From Octopus bimaculoides (Eukaryota), in contig NC_068993.1 in NCBI RefSeq assembly GCF_001194135.2, positions 21,597,043 to 21,661,042 on the forward strand: DNA of 64,000 nucleotides, read 5' to 3'. This document shows, piece after piece, positions 37,739-50,988 of the stretch. The notes under the pieces were generated by a model. The model was not told the origin of the DNA, did not search any database, and saw only the letters and a list, made by a program, of their open reading frames with translations. The first letter of the stretch is position 1. Each line of letters starts with the position of its first letter. Made by a program: the position numbers and the translations under genes.

Positions 37739-38282
37739 GTAAGTTTGAATTGAGATTTAAAACATTCAATAAAGACGTCTTCACACATGATGGTTGTTCT
37801 ATTTAAAAAGTAAACATAAAGAGACATGACATTAACAAAAGAACGAAGACCTAATAAGTAAATCTCAGAAAGAAGGCATTAATATCTTTGTAACTACTGA
37901 TATAACAACTGTTAATTTTTTGGCGCCACCTTCAATCTCAACATATGTATATACAAAAAAATAAATAAAGCTAAAACAAATGCATATTTACACCGGTAAG
38001 AATTCCGCTCACAAAATCGCGTCGTCACTTTGAAAAATTCTGAAGACTCTTGTAGGAAAGAAAGGATCATTTGGTTACACTGGAAACCAAATGCAGCATA
38101 GAGCTGCAGAACAACTGACGAGGAAAATAATTAATTTCTCGCGTTTATCCGACCGAACACCAGTTCCCAAAGCTAAGACCCGCCCACCTAAAGTTAATTC
38201 AACTCACAAGGTCAATATAAAATGAAATATTGTCAAATCCGGCAACATTGTTCAATAGGCAATTCCACATTATTCAATAGGC

Positions 38283-38451
38283 AGTAGTTGTATGCAGTCA
38301 ACTTAATGTGACAGTCCCCTGAAGGGAATAATACTACTGTTGGTTAGACCTAGGAAGCTGCACCGCTTCCTGTCGGCCTTGACACATTTCCTGTGTCCTT
38401 ATGTTTACAAGGGGGAGACAAGTCACATTAAGTTGACAGCATACAACTACT
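38283..38451. mobile_element. MITE with 30-bp terminal inverted repeats
   Basis: agtagttgtatgcagtcaacttaatgtgac / gtcacattaagttgacagcatacaactact (1 mismatch). Confidence 0.85.
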
Positions 38452-38740
38452 TCATCGTATCACTACTGCATAAATCTCTCTGAGAGATTTAGAAATGTAT
38501 TATTTCTAAAAAATTCAGTAGGCAATTCCACATTATTCAATAGGCAAAATTTACATTTAACTGCAGCTGGAAGTCAAGTATGAGAAAGATAATAGAAGTA
38601 CTCGGCACCCCGTATCACGAAATCACGCGTTGACATGTATTTATATACACAGATACTCGTATATATAATTGCAGTCATATGTGTATATAAGTATGCATGC
38701 ATTTGTGAATGTGTGTCTCTGTGTATCCTATTAATGAATA

Positions 38741-38864
38741 CCTTTCCACTCTAGGCACAAGACACCGAAACTTTTGGGGAGGGGGACAGTGAATTAGATC
38801 GACCCCAGTGCGTAAATGGTACTTAATTGATCGACTCCGAAAGGATGAGAGGTAAAGTCGACCT
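38741..38864 (-). mobile_element. SINE family B, 3' part
   Basis: atcgaccccagtgcgtaaatggtacttaattgatcgactccgaaaggatgagaggtaaagtcgacct. Confidence 0.8.
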
Positions 38865-40246
38865 ATTAATGTATACTGTCACTCTTATAGAATCGATGAC
38901 ATAATGTTTCAGTTACAATCAAATGAATAAGCTTAACCACAATGACGTATAATTTTAACATATTTACAAGAGGGTATCATTCTTTTATGATGTCCTCCCA
39001 CGTTTCTCTGAAATGCTGTGCCCCAAATTCAACCTCAGTCACTCTATTAGATGCAGTTTCTCCCATCCTATAACTCTATCTCATGAAGATTTATTTTCAT
39101 GTATGCAATATGCCGGAACGTGTCTATTTCTTGACGTTAAACTTACTGAAACTGCAACCTACAACCTTTTGCTTCTAACCCTGTTATCTCTGCGGTGTCA
39201 CTTACATCATTAACCAAATCGGTTGATTTATTACCCGTTACCTGTCTTATTTATGTAAAATAGACAATTCATAGGTAATATGAAGGCAATAGTTGTAGGT
39301 AAAAGTGAAGAAAACGCTAACGTTTCAGGAATAAATTTCGTTTTCTTCTATTTTTATAATTACCTCAACAGCGACACTTCAGAACGTTGAAAATGGCAAT
39401 TCCTTTGCAATTATTAGTAAGAAAGCAATAATGCTGCGCCTTATAACAAACTAATATTCGAAGATATTTGATGTAGGGCATATGGAGTTAAGTATCCTAC
39501 CGGTAACCTCCATAAGGCTCTATATACCTGGATCATATATTTTAAGATGCCTTTATTGCACTAATCCTTTTAGCGATAGAAAATATATTTTAGCCTTAAT
39601 CAATTTCTGTGCATCGCATAAATGCTAGATAATTTAGCCATCACACACAAATATTCTACACATATTTAAAGTCTAAGACATCTGGTAGATTGACAAAACT
39701 TCGCGTAACAATATGCTACAAATATTTCCGCTGAAATATGCTTCTTCAATCAAATAATAAAACGGCTACCATTCTTCTGATGTAGCTAATTGCGTACAAC
39801 TGCCGAATTCAGCTTTTGATACATTTGTTTCTCTTCTGCTTAGCATCTCTTCTAGTTAAGATAGCCTGCATAAAATATTTCCTAAATCATTCTTCTACAT
39901 ATATGAAACCACTCAGATTATTTTTCTTTCTCAATTCGTCATACAGTCGTCGACCTAAAGAACGTTCACAGTGAACACTTATAACTCCTAAGTCAAGGGG
40001 CAGCAAAAAGTAATATTTTTATAACAAATGCTTTATATTTGTGTGTAATATTTCATAGGTAATTTATAGAAAATATATTCTTATACAATACAATGCTTTC
40101 TTAGCTGTTTAGTCATACATGTATTGCATATAATAGTGAGTTCTGACAATAACAATGTTGTTGATATTAAAACACATCGTCGTCATTGCTATTACAGCTG
40201 CAGCGGTTACTACTACATCTATTCCTCCTCCTCTTCTTCTTCTTCT

Positions 40247-40317
<71 letters not shown>

Positions 40318-40319
40318 TT

Positions 40320-40505
40320 TTCTGCTATAGGCGCAAGGCTTGGGATTTGTGGGGAGGGGGACAGTCGATCACATCGACCCCAATACTCAACTTAATTTAT
40401 CGACCCCGAAAGGATGAAAGGCAAAGGCAACCTCAGCGGAATTTGAACTGAGAACGTATCGGCAGACGAAATACCGCTAAGCCTATTACTCAGTGTGCCC
40501 ACGAT
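40320..40505 (-). mobile_element. SINE family B copy with (TAA)n/(TAC)n flank
   Basis: atcgaccccgaaaggatgaaaggcaaag...ggaatttgaact.agaacgta.cggcagacgaaataccgctaagc. Confidence 0.85.
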
Positions 40506-41329
40506 TCGACCAAATAATAATGATAATAACAGTCCCAATGTAAATGATATAATATAAAACATGGAATGGATAGAAAATCTGAAAAGAGGCCTCATAGATT
40601 ACCTTTCTATGATTAATGGATTGCCTGTGTTCTTTTGGAAGTTAGAAGACCAAAACAATCCGTTTGTGAAAAAGGTTTGGTAGAATTGCCTTTCATAGGA
40701 TTGGAGATTGGGATCTAAGTATGTGGTAATTCATATGAAAATGACACGAGGCATGCAGTGGTATTTGTCAACCAGCTTGTGAGGGATTTAGTATTTCTGA
40801 AGTTTTAGACAAAATAATATATACAAGCGTATCATATACATATCTAAAAAGGTTTAAAATGCCCGTGAAAAACACGCTATATTCCAGAAATTTGATAAGT
40901 GCCATTAATATCTATTAGTAGAAATACCGCTCTCCTGGTGGTTTTCTGTTTGCCACTTGATAATATTTTCACATTTGATTTCGATGTCTAATAATTTTTA
41001 TATTTTACGTATAATTAGTTCGTTGTATAATCGTGCTCACATACTTAGCAAATATTGCTTTCATTATTTTATCACACTCATAATCTCTCCTTTTTAAACA
41101 AACATCATGGTAGTCCAACAACAGAGGGGGGAAGCAGTTTGTCAAGATTTACGTTCCCCTCAAAGCAGCATAGAATTTTCAATTCAGTAAGCTTTCAGTA
41201 TGTGTGTGTTGTTATTGAATGCAGATCATTAAATCTGTGTCTGACTGGAAGTAAATACCTCCGCTTGCAGTATATTCTAGCATATTGCAGAAAGCATCAA
41301 CTTGGTTAATGAAAGCATTGAAAAAACAA

Positions 41330-41660
41330 AAACCTGAAGAACTAGAATCATAGAGGAAAGAGAACTAAGTATAGAAGTTTGACGCTGTGATATGTTGAAA
41401 GAGAAACGCATAATATAAAAAACTAAGTAGTTCTGAACTTGGTTGGAAAATGGAACTCAGAACCTAATATCTGCAACTCAAAACGAAGCCATTAATTCAA
41501 GCTCTTTGAGAGAGCATATACACAGCCATACAGAATTGTAAAAATTAGGTTATGTGATGAGGAGTAGAGAACGGGAGTGGAAACCGGACAAATGGGAATA
41601 TCACGCAGTCCGAAGAGCCGCAGTGTGTGAGCTGAGTATTAAAAAAGACCAAATTTTCTC
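41330..41660 (+). mobile_element. Heavily decayed R4/Dong-type fragment
   Basis: TWLENG...LISATQNEAINSSSLREHIH...AEY*KR resembles W.WL..G.L..E.LI.AAQ.QA..T...I...CRLC...EYK.RH. Confidence 0.5.
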
Positions 41661-42499
41661 TCGTGAGAGGAACCCGAGAAGCAAATAATGTATTCTACTG
41701 CGACACTGAGATGTTTTTCTAATATGCATCTTTTTTTTTTGCAATGTTTAAAAACTATTTGCCACTTTTCTGCATATTTAAAGGTTTATGTTTTCCAGAC
41801 CTCTGCTTTGGAAGCTCACTAGCCCATTGTAATAAAAAACTCAAATATTTATCAAAAAACTCAAATATTTATGATCAATATTTATTTCTTGTCTCACCTA
41901 CTATGCATGTTAAACAGACTTGACAAATATGCAATTCTGTCACGAGCCATTGCAGTTCTAAAGAGCAATTTCGCACCGTTGTAGATTCTATTTCAAAACC
42001 AACTGTATTTCCATCACTTATAGCAGGCAATGAGAGCTTAAGGCTTCAGGCCCTAATCCCTCTAGGACCTCACCCCAAACACACACATACAAAGTAGCTA
42101 AAAGTGCCCAGCGTAGAAAAGAAACGGTAACATCAACTACATTAGTACTACCAACAGCAGTAATATCAATGCAAGTAATAAAATAAAATACAAAATTAAC
42201 ATTAACCATAAATGCAACAACACCATCCATATAAACCATATAAAACGCCATTCGCAACAAAAAGGAGATTGAAAATATAGTAAGACAAAATAACAAATAG
42301 TATATAAACAGCTACAACAAATCTAACATAACAAACTCCACCCCCAGCAATTCAACTAGCATAATGGCGAAGAAATCGACCTCATTAACTAATGCAAGAA
42401 CCATCCAGTCTCATCATTCATTTAAGTACCAAAATGACATCATAGAAAGTATATGGCTGATACCTGGTGTCAATATACTGTCGAAGAAATCAGACAGTT

Positions 42500-42690
42500 A
42501 GTTGGCAGAACGTTTAGCCCACCAGGAAAAATGTTTAGCAGCATTTCTTCTGTGTCTGCGTTCTGAATTAAAATTCTGCAGAGATCAATTTTGCCTTTCT
42601 TTTGGGGTCGATGAAATCAGCACCAGTTGAGCACTGGAGTCGATGAAATGGACTTGAACGTCCTCCATAATTGCTGCCAAACTTTGACAC
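42500..42690 (+). mobile_element. SINE family B copy
   Basis: ttggcagaacgtttag...aaaaatgtttagcagcatttc...tttgcctttc.ttggggtcgatgaaat.agcaccagttgagcactgg. Confidence 0.8.
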
Positions 42691-43224
42691 CAAAGTATTG
42701 TTGGGTATAGAAAGACAGTTTCAACATGCAAAAATTCAATTAAAACTTGCACCTCTACACATAAGGGATGTTACCAAAGCACTTGGAAGGCTGATTTTTA
42801 AAAGTAACATTCTTCAAGATAACACACTTATTTATGACGTAGGACGAAGATTATGGAATGTCATATAACTGATACACATCCACAAGAAAGCTGGACACGT
42901 GTATCAATGCCGATCGAAGTGTTAATTGCACCTAAAGATAGTAATTTATTTGAAATACTCTACTTTAAGGAGATCAACAAATGCGGGTACACTCGTGAGC
43001 AAGAAGGCCATAGTTTATGCATGTGAGAGAAAGACCACGCTAGAAGTTTCTGTACCTCGGAGAGAAAAATGTATTTGAACAGCAAAATAACTCTGCCTTC
43101 AGATTCTCAAAACCCTGACATATTAATAGTAATAGGTACAATAGTAATATCCTGATGGTAGAATGTCGGGCATAGACTCATATCCGACAACGGCTTAAAT
43201 CTACTACAAAAACGAAGAAGCAGT

Positions 43225-43400
43225 TCATCACACAAGCTTCCATAGAGTTCCTATATAATAATTTTCACTCAACCAGTTTGCGTCTAGTCGAAACTATGGA
43301 AGAAGACTCACACCTAAATTTAAGTGGAGCAATCTGAAGACATAGAATAGTTCATAGCGTGAGGCCGTGTCTAAGTCCAAAGTGAGAAGGGAAACGTGGT
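43225..43400 (-). mobile_element. Decayed SINE family A remnant
   Basis: Weak similarity to the family A body (cacaagctt...aaactatggaagaagac). Confidence 0.35.
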
Positions 43401-44959
43401 CAAAGCAGTGTAAAGAAAAACGCCGTTTCCATAGTAAAGAAAGGGAATATACGATTATTTTTCTCAATCATCCATTAACTTAAATGCAAAATAAACAAAA
43501 CAAAATCGGAATGTGTGCGTGTGTTTGTGCGCGCCCCTGAGCGCACGTTTTTGTGTGTATGAGGGCATGTGTGCAGACAAGAAGCGATGTAGAGTCGGAG
43601 TCAGCGGATTCTGTTGTAGTCACACCTGTATCTCTCAGGATAGCACATTTTCTATATAAATCTTGTGAGTGAACAACTGTAGTAGAATGACAATGTGCCA
43701 CTCGGAGCATTCATTTCCTTTTGCGTATCTCGAACATATTTTGTTCTTGGAAACATCAACATATTCTTGGAATTCTCTTGAATAGGTAACGACATTCCTT
43801 TATCGTGCAGCTCCAGCAGATAAAGTCATCGTCTCTCATATCTTCCACTAACTTTAGAATGTGTACGCTATTTTAAAAAAATGACGAAGTGGAGGGGAAG
43901 GTGACGAGAAAAAATAAATAAATTGATGATCATGATGATGATAGTGGTGCTGGTGCTGCTGATGGTGCTGCTGATGGTAGATGTAGTATTCATACCGATA
44001 GTGGTCGTGGTCGTGGATGGGCTGATGCTTGAGGTAGTGGCATAAAGCAATTCCATTGGGTTGTTCAAATGGCAGATCAATTTTGTCTCGTGAACAGATA
44101 AATCAATCTTCCTGTGGCTTCTATCTGCATTATATCTCCCGGGCTATATACTAAGTTTAAGCTGTCTTAGAATATCCTGATGAGCTCAAACAAAGATGAA
44201 GTGAAAGATCAATAAAGAATTTGATATCGAAATAATGTGACAACGGAATGTGTTAAATGTGTTTTTGAGAATTTCATGCTTTTCTCAGTTCTAATTATGC
44301 GATTTATATAAAACCAGAAATAATTTACACCTTGCTTGAAGATACGATGGAACCAGATTCGAGTCACCCCTCTACATATATATATACATATATATATGAA
44401 TAGATGACTGCATATGTATATTTTAATTTTTTAACAAAGTCAAAAGTTATAAGGAATAATACGGATTGATGGTGTGGGGCTTTTGCCTTGTAATGCAATA
44501 TTTTAAGGTTAGGACCTCGTCATAAGAGGAATTGTGAAGTGTTTATAGAACACAGAAATCAGCTCACAACACCATTTCCTGAAAAGTTTTAAAATAAAAT
44601 GTAAAAGTACTAACCATTGACCTGTTCTATCTCTTGAAATTTGCATTGCTATGGGGTTATAAAAAATTCACTTATATCTATCAGACAACACTTCAGGAAA
44701 ACTATAAAACAATTTTTATTTATGGATATGTGTGTTTGTTTGTGTGTTTGTGTGTGTGTGCGTTCGTGTGCGTGTGTGTGTATGTGTGTGTGTTGCAAAG
44801 AACTGATATCTGGTGAGATTTTTAATAAACGAACTATTTTATTACCGTACACATAGAAAAATGTTGTTACTACAAAAGACAAAACATTGAGAGAGTTTGA
44901 ATAACATTGTTCTTAGTGTGTGCTTGTAGCACCAGTCAAAATATCACTTTCATATTTTG

Positions 44960-45148
44960 TCACAAGGCCAGAAGTTTTGAGGGAGGGGCTAAATCGACCC
45001 CGATGTTCAAGTCGTATTTATTTTATCGACGGCAAAAGGATCAAAGGAAAAGTCAACCTCGGCGGAATTTGATCTCTGAATTTTGAGACAGAAGAAATAC
45101 CGCTAAGCATCATGCCCGGCGTACTAACGATTCTACCAGCTCACTGCT
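44960..45148 (-). mobile_element. SINE family B copy
   Basis: aaagtcaacctcggcggaatttga...gaaataccgctaagcat..tgcccggcgtactaacgattctaccagctc. Confidence 0.85.
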
Positions 45149-45329
45149 CTTCCATCAGTCAAAATATTATCTGATACATGTTTTGTTGTATGTAATTAGC
45201 TGTTCAATGTAATTAGATGCTTGTCGTGCAACTAGCTTCTATTGTCTCTCGTTCGCTGTCTGTTCGCTGCTTTTGTGCTGGAAGGACATTAGATCCTTTG
45301 TTGATGTATAGTTAAAATTATATATTATT

Positions 45330-46970
45330 CGGCTACCCGTGACCCGTTGAGTGACTAATAGTCCAAGGTATCCGAAAAAAAAACACGTATCTCGGGAATC
45401 CGTGATCCGAGTTACGCCAAACTTGTGTTATTCAGTTTGTATTTACATTTCAATGGTTCCTTACTTTCAAAGCATTTTTCGCATTTTACACCGGTTCGGC
45501 TATTTATAAAGGTACCCGAAAAAACTGCGTATCTTCGTATCCCGTGGTCCGATTTACGCGAAACCTGTTTTATTCCGTTTGTATTCGCATGAGCATCCGA
45601 TTCTAGACGCCTCCTGCTTTTGTCTCCTTCCCCCTGTTTCACCAGACGCTCAGCCCTTGCTTTATCAGTTTCATCAATCCTTCTATTTGCATGCATGTGC
45701 CGATCTTGGGTAAATAGTTCGTACTTGTCGTGTGAAATAATTTTTCCCCCAGGTTTTTCGAGTGCATTCACCTTATCTCATCCCCAAACCTGCTGCAAGC
45801 CACTTTCTTCCGGAAAATAAATGAGTGGAGGGGTGGTGAGCTTTCCAGAAAACACCGAGTTTCCCACCAACGGAGTTCGTTTCGCGTTTCTTTTTCTTTT
45901 CAAGGTTATTTCGCATACTTTCAACGAATGACATTGAAATCATGCGTAAACGGCTCCTGTCCCCAGAAAAAGAAAGATTTGACTGCTAGTTGTAGCACGC
46001 CCTACTACAATGTAACAGCTATTTCGGGTCCTTTATCGCAAATATCTGTTACGTGGTTGCAGGGTGTGCTAAAAATAGAGCCAAATCTTTCTTTTTCTGG
46101 GGAAAGGAGACATTTACGGTTGATTTCGATGTCACATTTGTTGAAAGCATGAAAAATAACCTGGAAACGAAAACAAAATCCGTTCATGGAAAACACTGAG
46201 CCCCTCGCTCCTTTTTTCCGGAAAAAGTCGCTTGTGGCGGGTTTGGGGGTCTGGTAAGTTGAATGCACTCGAAAAACCTGTGGAAAAGAATTATTTCACA
46301 CCGAGGTACGAACGGCTCCTTTACAAAATATTTACCCACTTTTTAATAATTAAAATATTGTCTGTTTAAAGAAAGCTAAAATACAAATTCTTACTGTACA
46401 AACAATTTGTATTTTTTTAGTCATTTTCACTTAAAAATATATTTTTAACTATGCCAACAAAACTTTTTGTAATGATATTCATTTGAAAATATGTAATTTA
46501 AAAAATTGAAATATTGTCTGTTAAAAGAAAGCCAAAATATAAATACTTACTGTAAGAAAAACTTGTATTTTTGAAATCCCATTCACTTACATATATTTCT
46601 ATATGATTAAAATATTGTCTTTAACAAAAGCGAAAATTGAAACATTTACTGTAAAAACAATTACTTTTTCCATGGCAAGTGAAACTCACTACGACTTTTG
46701 TCCAGGTCATGAAGCTTGTCTTCAAAATACAGAAGACAATGATCATAATCGAATGGCTAGAGTTTCTTCCCTCTCAGGGTTATGTTATTTTCGGAGTATT
46801 TTCTCATTATGCACCGTTTTGGGTATTTATGAAAACCCCCAAAACACACCCATATCCCAGGAATCCTTAGTCCGATTTATGCGAAACTTGTTTTATTCTG
46901 TTTGTGTTCACCTTAATTCATAGTAGCTTTCCATTATGCACCAGTTTGGTTGTATTAAAAAACAGAAAGC
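45330..46970. mobile_element. Composite non-autonomous element, possibly Helitron-derived, with direct modules and a central palindrome
   Basis: ~85-bp direct modules at ~45367, ~45511 and ~46831; palindrome 45710-46340; three AT-rich tandem units 46345-46670; minus-strand RRIDETDKARAERLVKQ..DKSRRRLES resembles Helitron N-terminal repeats. Confidence 0.5.
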
Positions 46971-46984
46971 AATCAAAAAGTTTT

Positions 46985-47016
<32 letters not shown>

Positions 47017-47744
47017 TTAGATAGATAGATAGCAAGTATGCATTGTAAGAACTACTCAATATATAACCTACTCATAAGAAAATTGATAAATTATAGGTTG
47101 ATGTTGCAGTTTCGAGATAATCTTCAGAGTACTACAATGAGACAGATATGAAAGGCAATTGAAGTTCGTTAAAATGTTTAACAAGCCAAATTAAGTCAAT
47201 ATAAAACATTGCCGCCAACCATATTTATTAAAATTTTCTCGAATCTTGCGCGAATTTTGAACTTTCAACCAATCAAAGAATATTTCAGAAGACATCAAAT
47301 ATTATAATGAATGCTCGGTGAGAAGCTACTTTAATAATAAAATGAATTACATCTGAATCACCTGGTCCGAGAGTAAGAAAAGAAGGAAAGGAAAATTAAT
47401 CGTGTACTTTACTCAATATGATAGTAGCTTCGCCATTGACTCGGATCTTCATTAAACTACTTGAATTATTAATAGTTCCTTTTGAACTATAATTATTACT
47501 AGATAATTAAGTATTTAATAAAATCTCTAATACACTTTCGTATTCTGCAGTTAAACTGTGACAGTAATTTAGCACATTATAACAAATCCAGAATTACTAA
47601 ATTTGACACAATCATTAAGCAAGACAATAAAATCTTGTGCATGAGCCATTACATCAATAAATGTCACCGAGAAGCTATCTGCATGGTTAGAGATACTCTT
47701 TAAAACTTTTTATTATCAATGAGAATTCGATGCATATATTAGAG

Positions 47745-47745
47745 A

Positions 47746-47817
<72 letters not shown>

Positions 47818-47832
47818 CATTATTATTATTAT
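47745..47832. repeat. (TAT)n microsatellite
   Basis: Direct reading; at the 3' end of the R4/Dong element. Confidence 0.95.
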
Positions 47833-50530
47833 TTCACGTGTTTTCACTGCACTACCGAGCGCAGCTCTGTGTATGTACAGTGGTTTGTTGTAGTGCTCTT
47901 ATTTCGACTGTATAAAAAGTATTTTACGTAGGATGTGTGCGGTGCCTGGTAGTGCTAATTTCTGTGTTATATACACTTCTGTTAGCTCTTTTGGGGTATT
48001 TGTCATTGAGAGGTTTTTCTTGCCATTTATCAGTCAGAATATCTAAGACAGCAGTTTTAGCACGGGTTTTCATGCGCTTAGCTTTTTCTGCGTTTGCTTC
48101 TTGTATGACTAATTCCGAAATTTGTTGTATTTGGAATTCACTTAGGTATTCCTTTGCTTGTTTTGTTACTGAGTATGATGCATTCTTCTTTTCATGTTTT
48201 GAGACAAGTTTTTCAGGTAAGTGTTTAGGCCAATTGTGGCAATCTTCATTGTTAATGCCAGTTGTAAAAGTCTACGGCCTCCCTCTTTTCTTGGCAGATA
48301 AAGTCGTTCTATATCTGCCTTAGTTTTCGTATTTTTCTGTCAAAATTATATTTTTCAGTAAATTGACCAGTTAATGATATTGAAACTGTAAGTCACGACT
48401 GGTTTGGCTAGAGCATTGATCACTTCGATCCTGTTTCTTGCTTTCAGCTGTCTTGAGTATTGCTTTCACTCTGCGATAACATTCTCTCCTGATCCTTTCC
48501 CTTATCACTGAATGCCTGATTCCGTCCCGTTCAAGTACCACTAGGTATTTATAGCTTTCTGCTGGTTCTAACTCTTTTATAACATTCTGCTGGTCAAGGT
48601 TAACGTTAGATATTCATTGTTACTGTTCAAATTCAGAGTGGTTCTCCATGATCTCATACTTACAGACAAAACGTTTCGCAGAGTAGGCGCTATTTTATAC
48701 ATTTCCAGACATTTCTTAATCCATTTCTTAATCCATCAATGTGGTAGGCTATCAAAAGCTTTTTTATAGTCTATCCAGGCTATCGACAAGTTTTTGTGTC
48801 GTTTGTAACAATCTTCTAAGATCATCTTATTGTTGAGTAGCTGATCTTTACAACCATAAGATCCACGTTTACATCCTTTTTGCTCATTAGGGAATATGCC
48901 ACTTTCTATTAAAATATTATAGGTATATTCACATTGTTGTTAAGCAGGTTATGGGTCTACAATTTTTTGGTTCATTTGTTTCTTCATCTTTTGGAAACAG
49001 TCATGTTACACCCTAAACTAGCCAAGAGGGAATCATACTAGATTTTTGCAAAACATTATTGCAAATTGTTGTTAGCAGTTCATAACTCTCTGGGAAGCCG
49101 TTGAAACAGAAGTTAGGAATTTAATCCTTTCGTGGAGACTTTCATTTGTTTGATTTTCTGATTGCTGATCTTACATCCTCTATTTTCATACCGCCCCCAC
49201 TTTTGCTTTTTTAAGGAGTCCAAGTTTGTAGATATTCTATCAATCCAAAGGCCTTTTTCATTGCTTGTTTTTTCTTCTGTCCAACTTTTATTCCAAACTC
49301 CCTGCACTTTTGATGGGACAGAATTTAGTGTAACTGGTATTTTCCCTATCTTCTTGTATTTTTTAACATGTCTTTGAAGAATCTAACGCGCTTTTCATAC
49401 CTTGCTATGCGGGCAGCTTTAGCACATACCTTTTGCTTGATGGTTTCTATGGTGGTTCTTTATTTTCGGAATTTTGTTGGCTTGATAGTCTTGTCAAACT
49501 TAAGGTATTTGAAACATTCTATGTCAGAATACATTCTTGACAAGTAGGCTTTTTGTGGGAATGTTGTCGTTTTCTAATCTTTCACCACATAGAATCGTTG
49601 ACATTTTCGCGGATGCATAGTACAGGTGGTTGAAATTTGTAATATCAACATCATAAGCTGAAATTATATCCTTAAGTGCAAGGCGGGTTTTATGCGATTA
49701 TTTTCAGGTTTTGGCTAGAATTGCGAATTTTGGGGAGATTGTCGCGTTCATGCATACTGGTTTCTTTAAATTTCAGCTTACTTATTTAATTTGGTCAATC
49801 TCTAATTCGGTTAGTAATTTCTTTTTCATAATGTTTCTTCTGTCGTTGGCAAGTTTATTACTGTCTATGTAGGGTATTACTTCAAGGTGTTTCTGCACCC
49901 TGCTTAAGTTAGTTTGTTCAGTATTAGAATTATTTGTAGAGAAATATATGGTATGATAGAAGACAGTAAGAACTACTTTATTATCTCCTCTGGACCATTT
50001 TTCATTCCTTTTCGTTAGGTTATTTGATGACGGGCATGGATAGCCATCTGTTGGAATATTCCGCTTGTGGAGTACTTCCAGCTCCTGTGTTTCGGGACGA
50101 TTTGAACCAGTTGCTGATTTTTCGCATCGAATCCCGTTGAACATTCGATTACGCGATCGCTGGTGTTCTGGCTGACGGCGATCCGGTTTGTATTTTGCTT
50201 TGTTATCAATGAGGCATGACGAGCTTCGACATTGACATTAGGGGATGGATCTGTCTGTTTAGGGTCAATTTTTTGAAATAATGTAACGTGGCTTCTTAAG
50301 GCTAACAGACCTGTATTCGTCTGTATCTTTTATTTGATAGATTTATCTCCGGGTATAGATTTTTGTGGTGTTTCTAAACTTATTCTTTGTCCACTCTGTG
50401 TTAGTGCGAAAAGTAAAAAAATTATTTTGTTTTGTTCTTTGTTTTTGGTGCGCTTGTGACACGTGTTTCCATATGTGTGTATGAGTGTCCTGTAAATTTC
50501 ACGTAGTTGTGTAAACATTAGGATGTATGC
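47833..50530 (-). mobile_element. Long R4/Dong-type LINE with two internal deletions, decayed
   Basis: N-terminus KWSRGDNKVVLTVFY...KLANDRRNIMKKKLLTELEIDQIK; [33 protein letters not shown]; ADIERLYLPRKEG; KWQEKPL; terminal QKLALPGTAHILRKIL. Confidence 0.88.
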
Positions 50531-50899
50531 TTGGTCCTATGGGTATTAAAATGTATATATGATCGTGTAGACATTCGAGTGTATGCGTAATAAGTCAATT
50601 TTTATTATTACTGTTTTGCTCCATTTATATTGTACAATTTATAAACTATCCGGTGTTGATTTCGCGTGTGTTTCGCACATGTTTCACTGAGACATCGTGC
50701 ATAGGAGAAACTGTGCTTTGTTTGACAGTAAAATTTCGTTTTTGTGATTATTTTCGTTAACAGACCGCTTCCTTCACAGTTTCTTTTATCTCATTCCGCC
50801 GATGTGATGTTATTATATTAGATTTGTTTTTGAAAGGAAAGCCAGGTGTAGCACATCCATGTTGTTATTCAGCGCGGAGCTCTTCATTATTATTATATT

Positions 50900-50988
50900 A
50901 TTCGACCCTCGTGCGCAACTGGTAATTTATTTAGCGACCCCGAAAGTCTAAAGGCAAATTTGCTGAGGTCGACATTACCTTTCATCGT
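50900..50988. mobile_element. SINE family B fragments in opposed orientation
   Basis: tcgaccc..tgcgcaactggta...cgaccccgaaag (minus) then gctgaggtcgacattacctttcatc (plus); ends at a gap. Confidence 0.6.

Noticed and set aside
39947-40010. Strong acceptor followed by VDLKNVHSEH as a possible Ig E strand
   Set aside because: All three frames stop within about 40 nt, before any DxGxYxC.
44176-44220. CTGATGAG...GAAA possible hammerhead
   Set aside because: Stem I and stem III cannot be formed convincingly.
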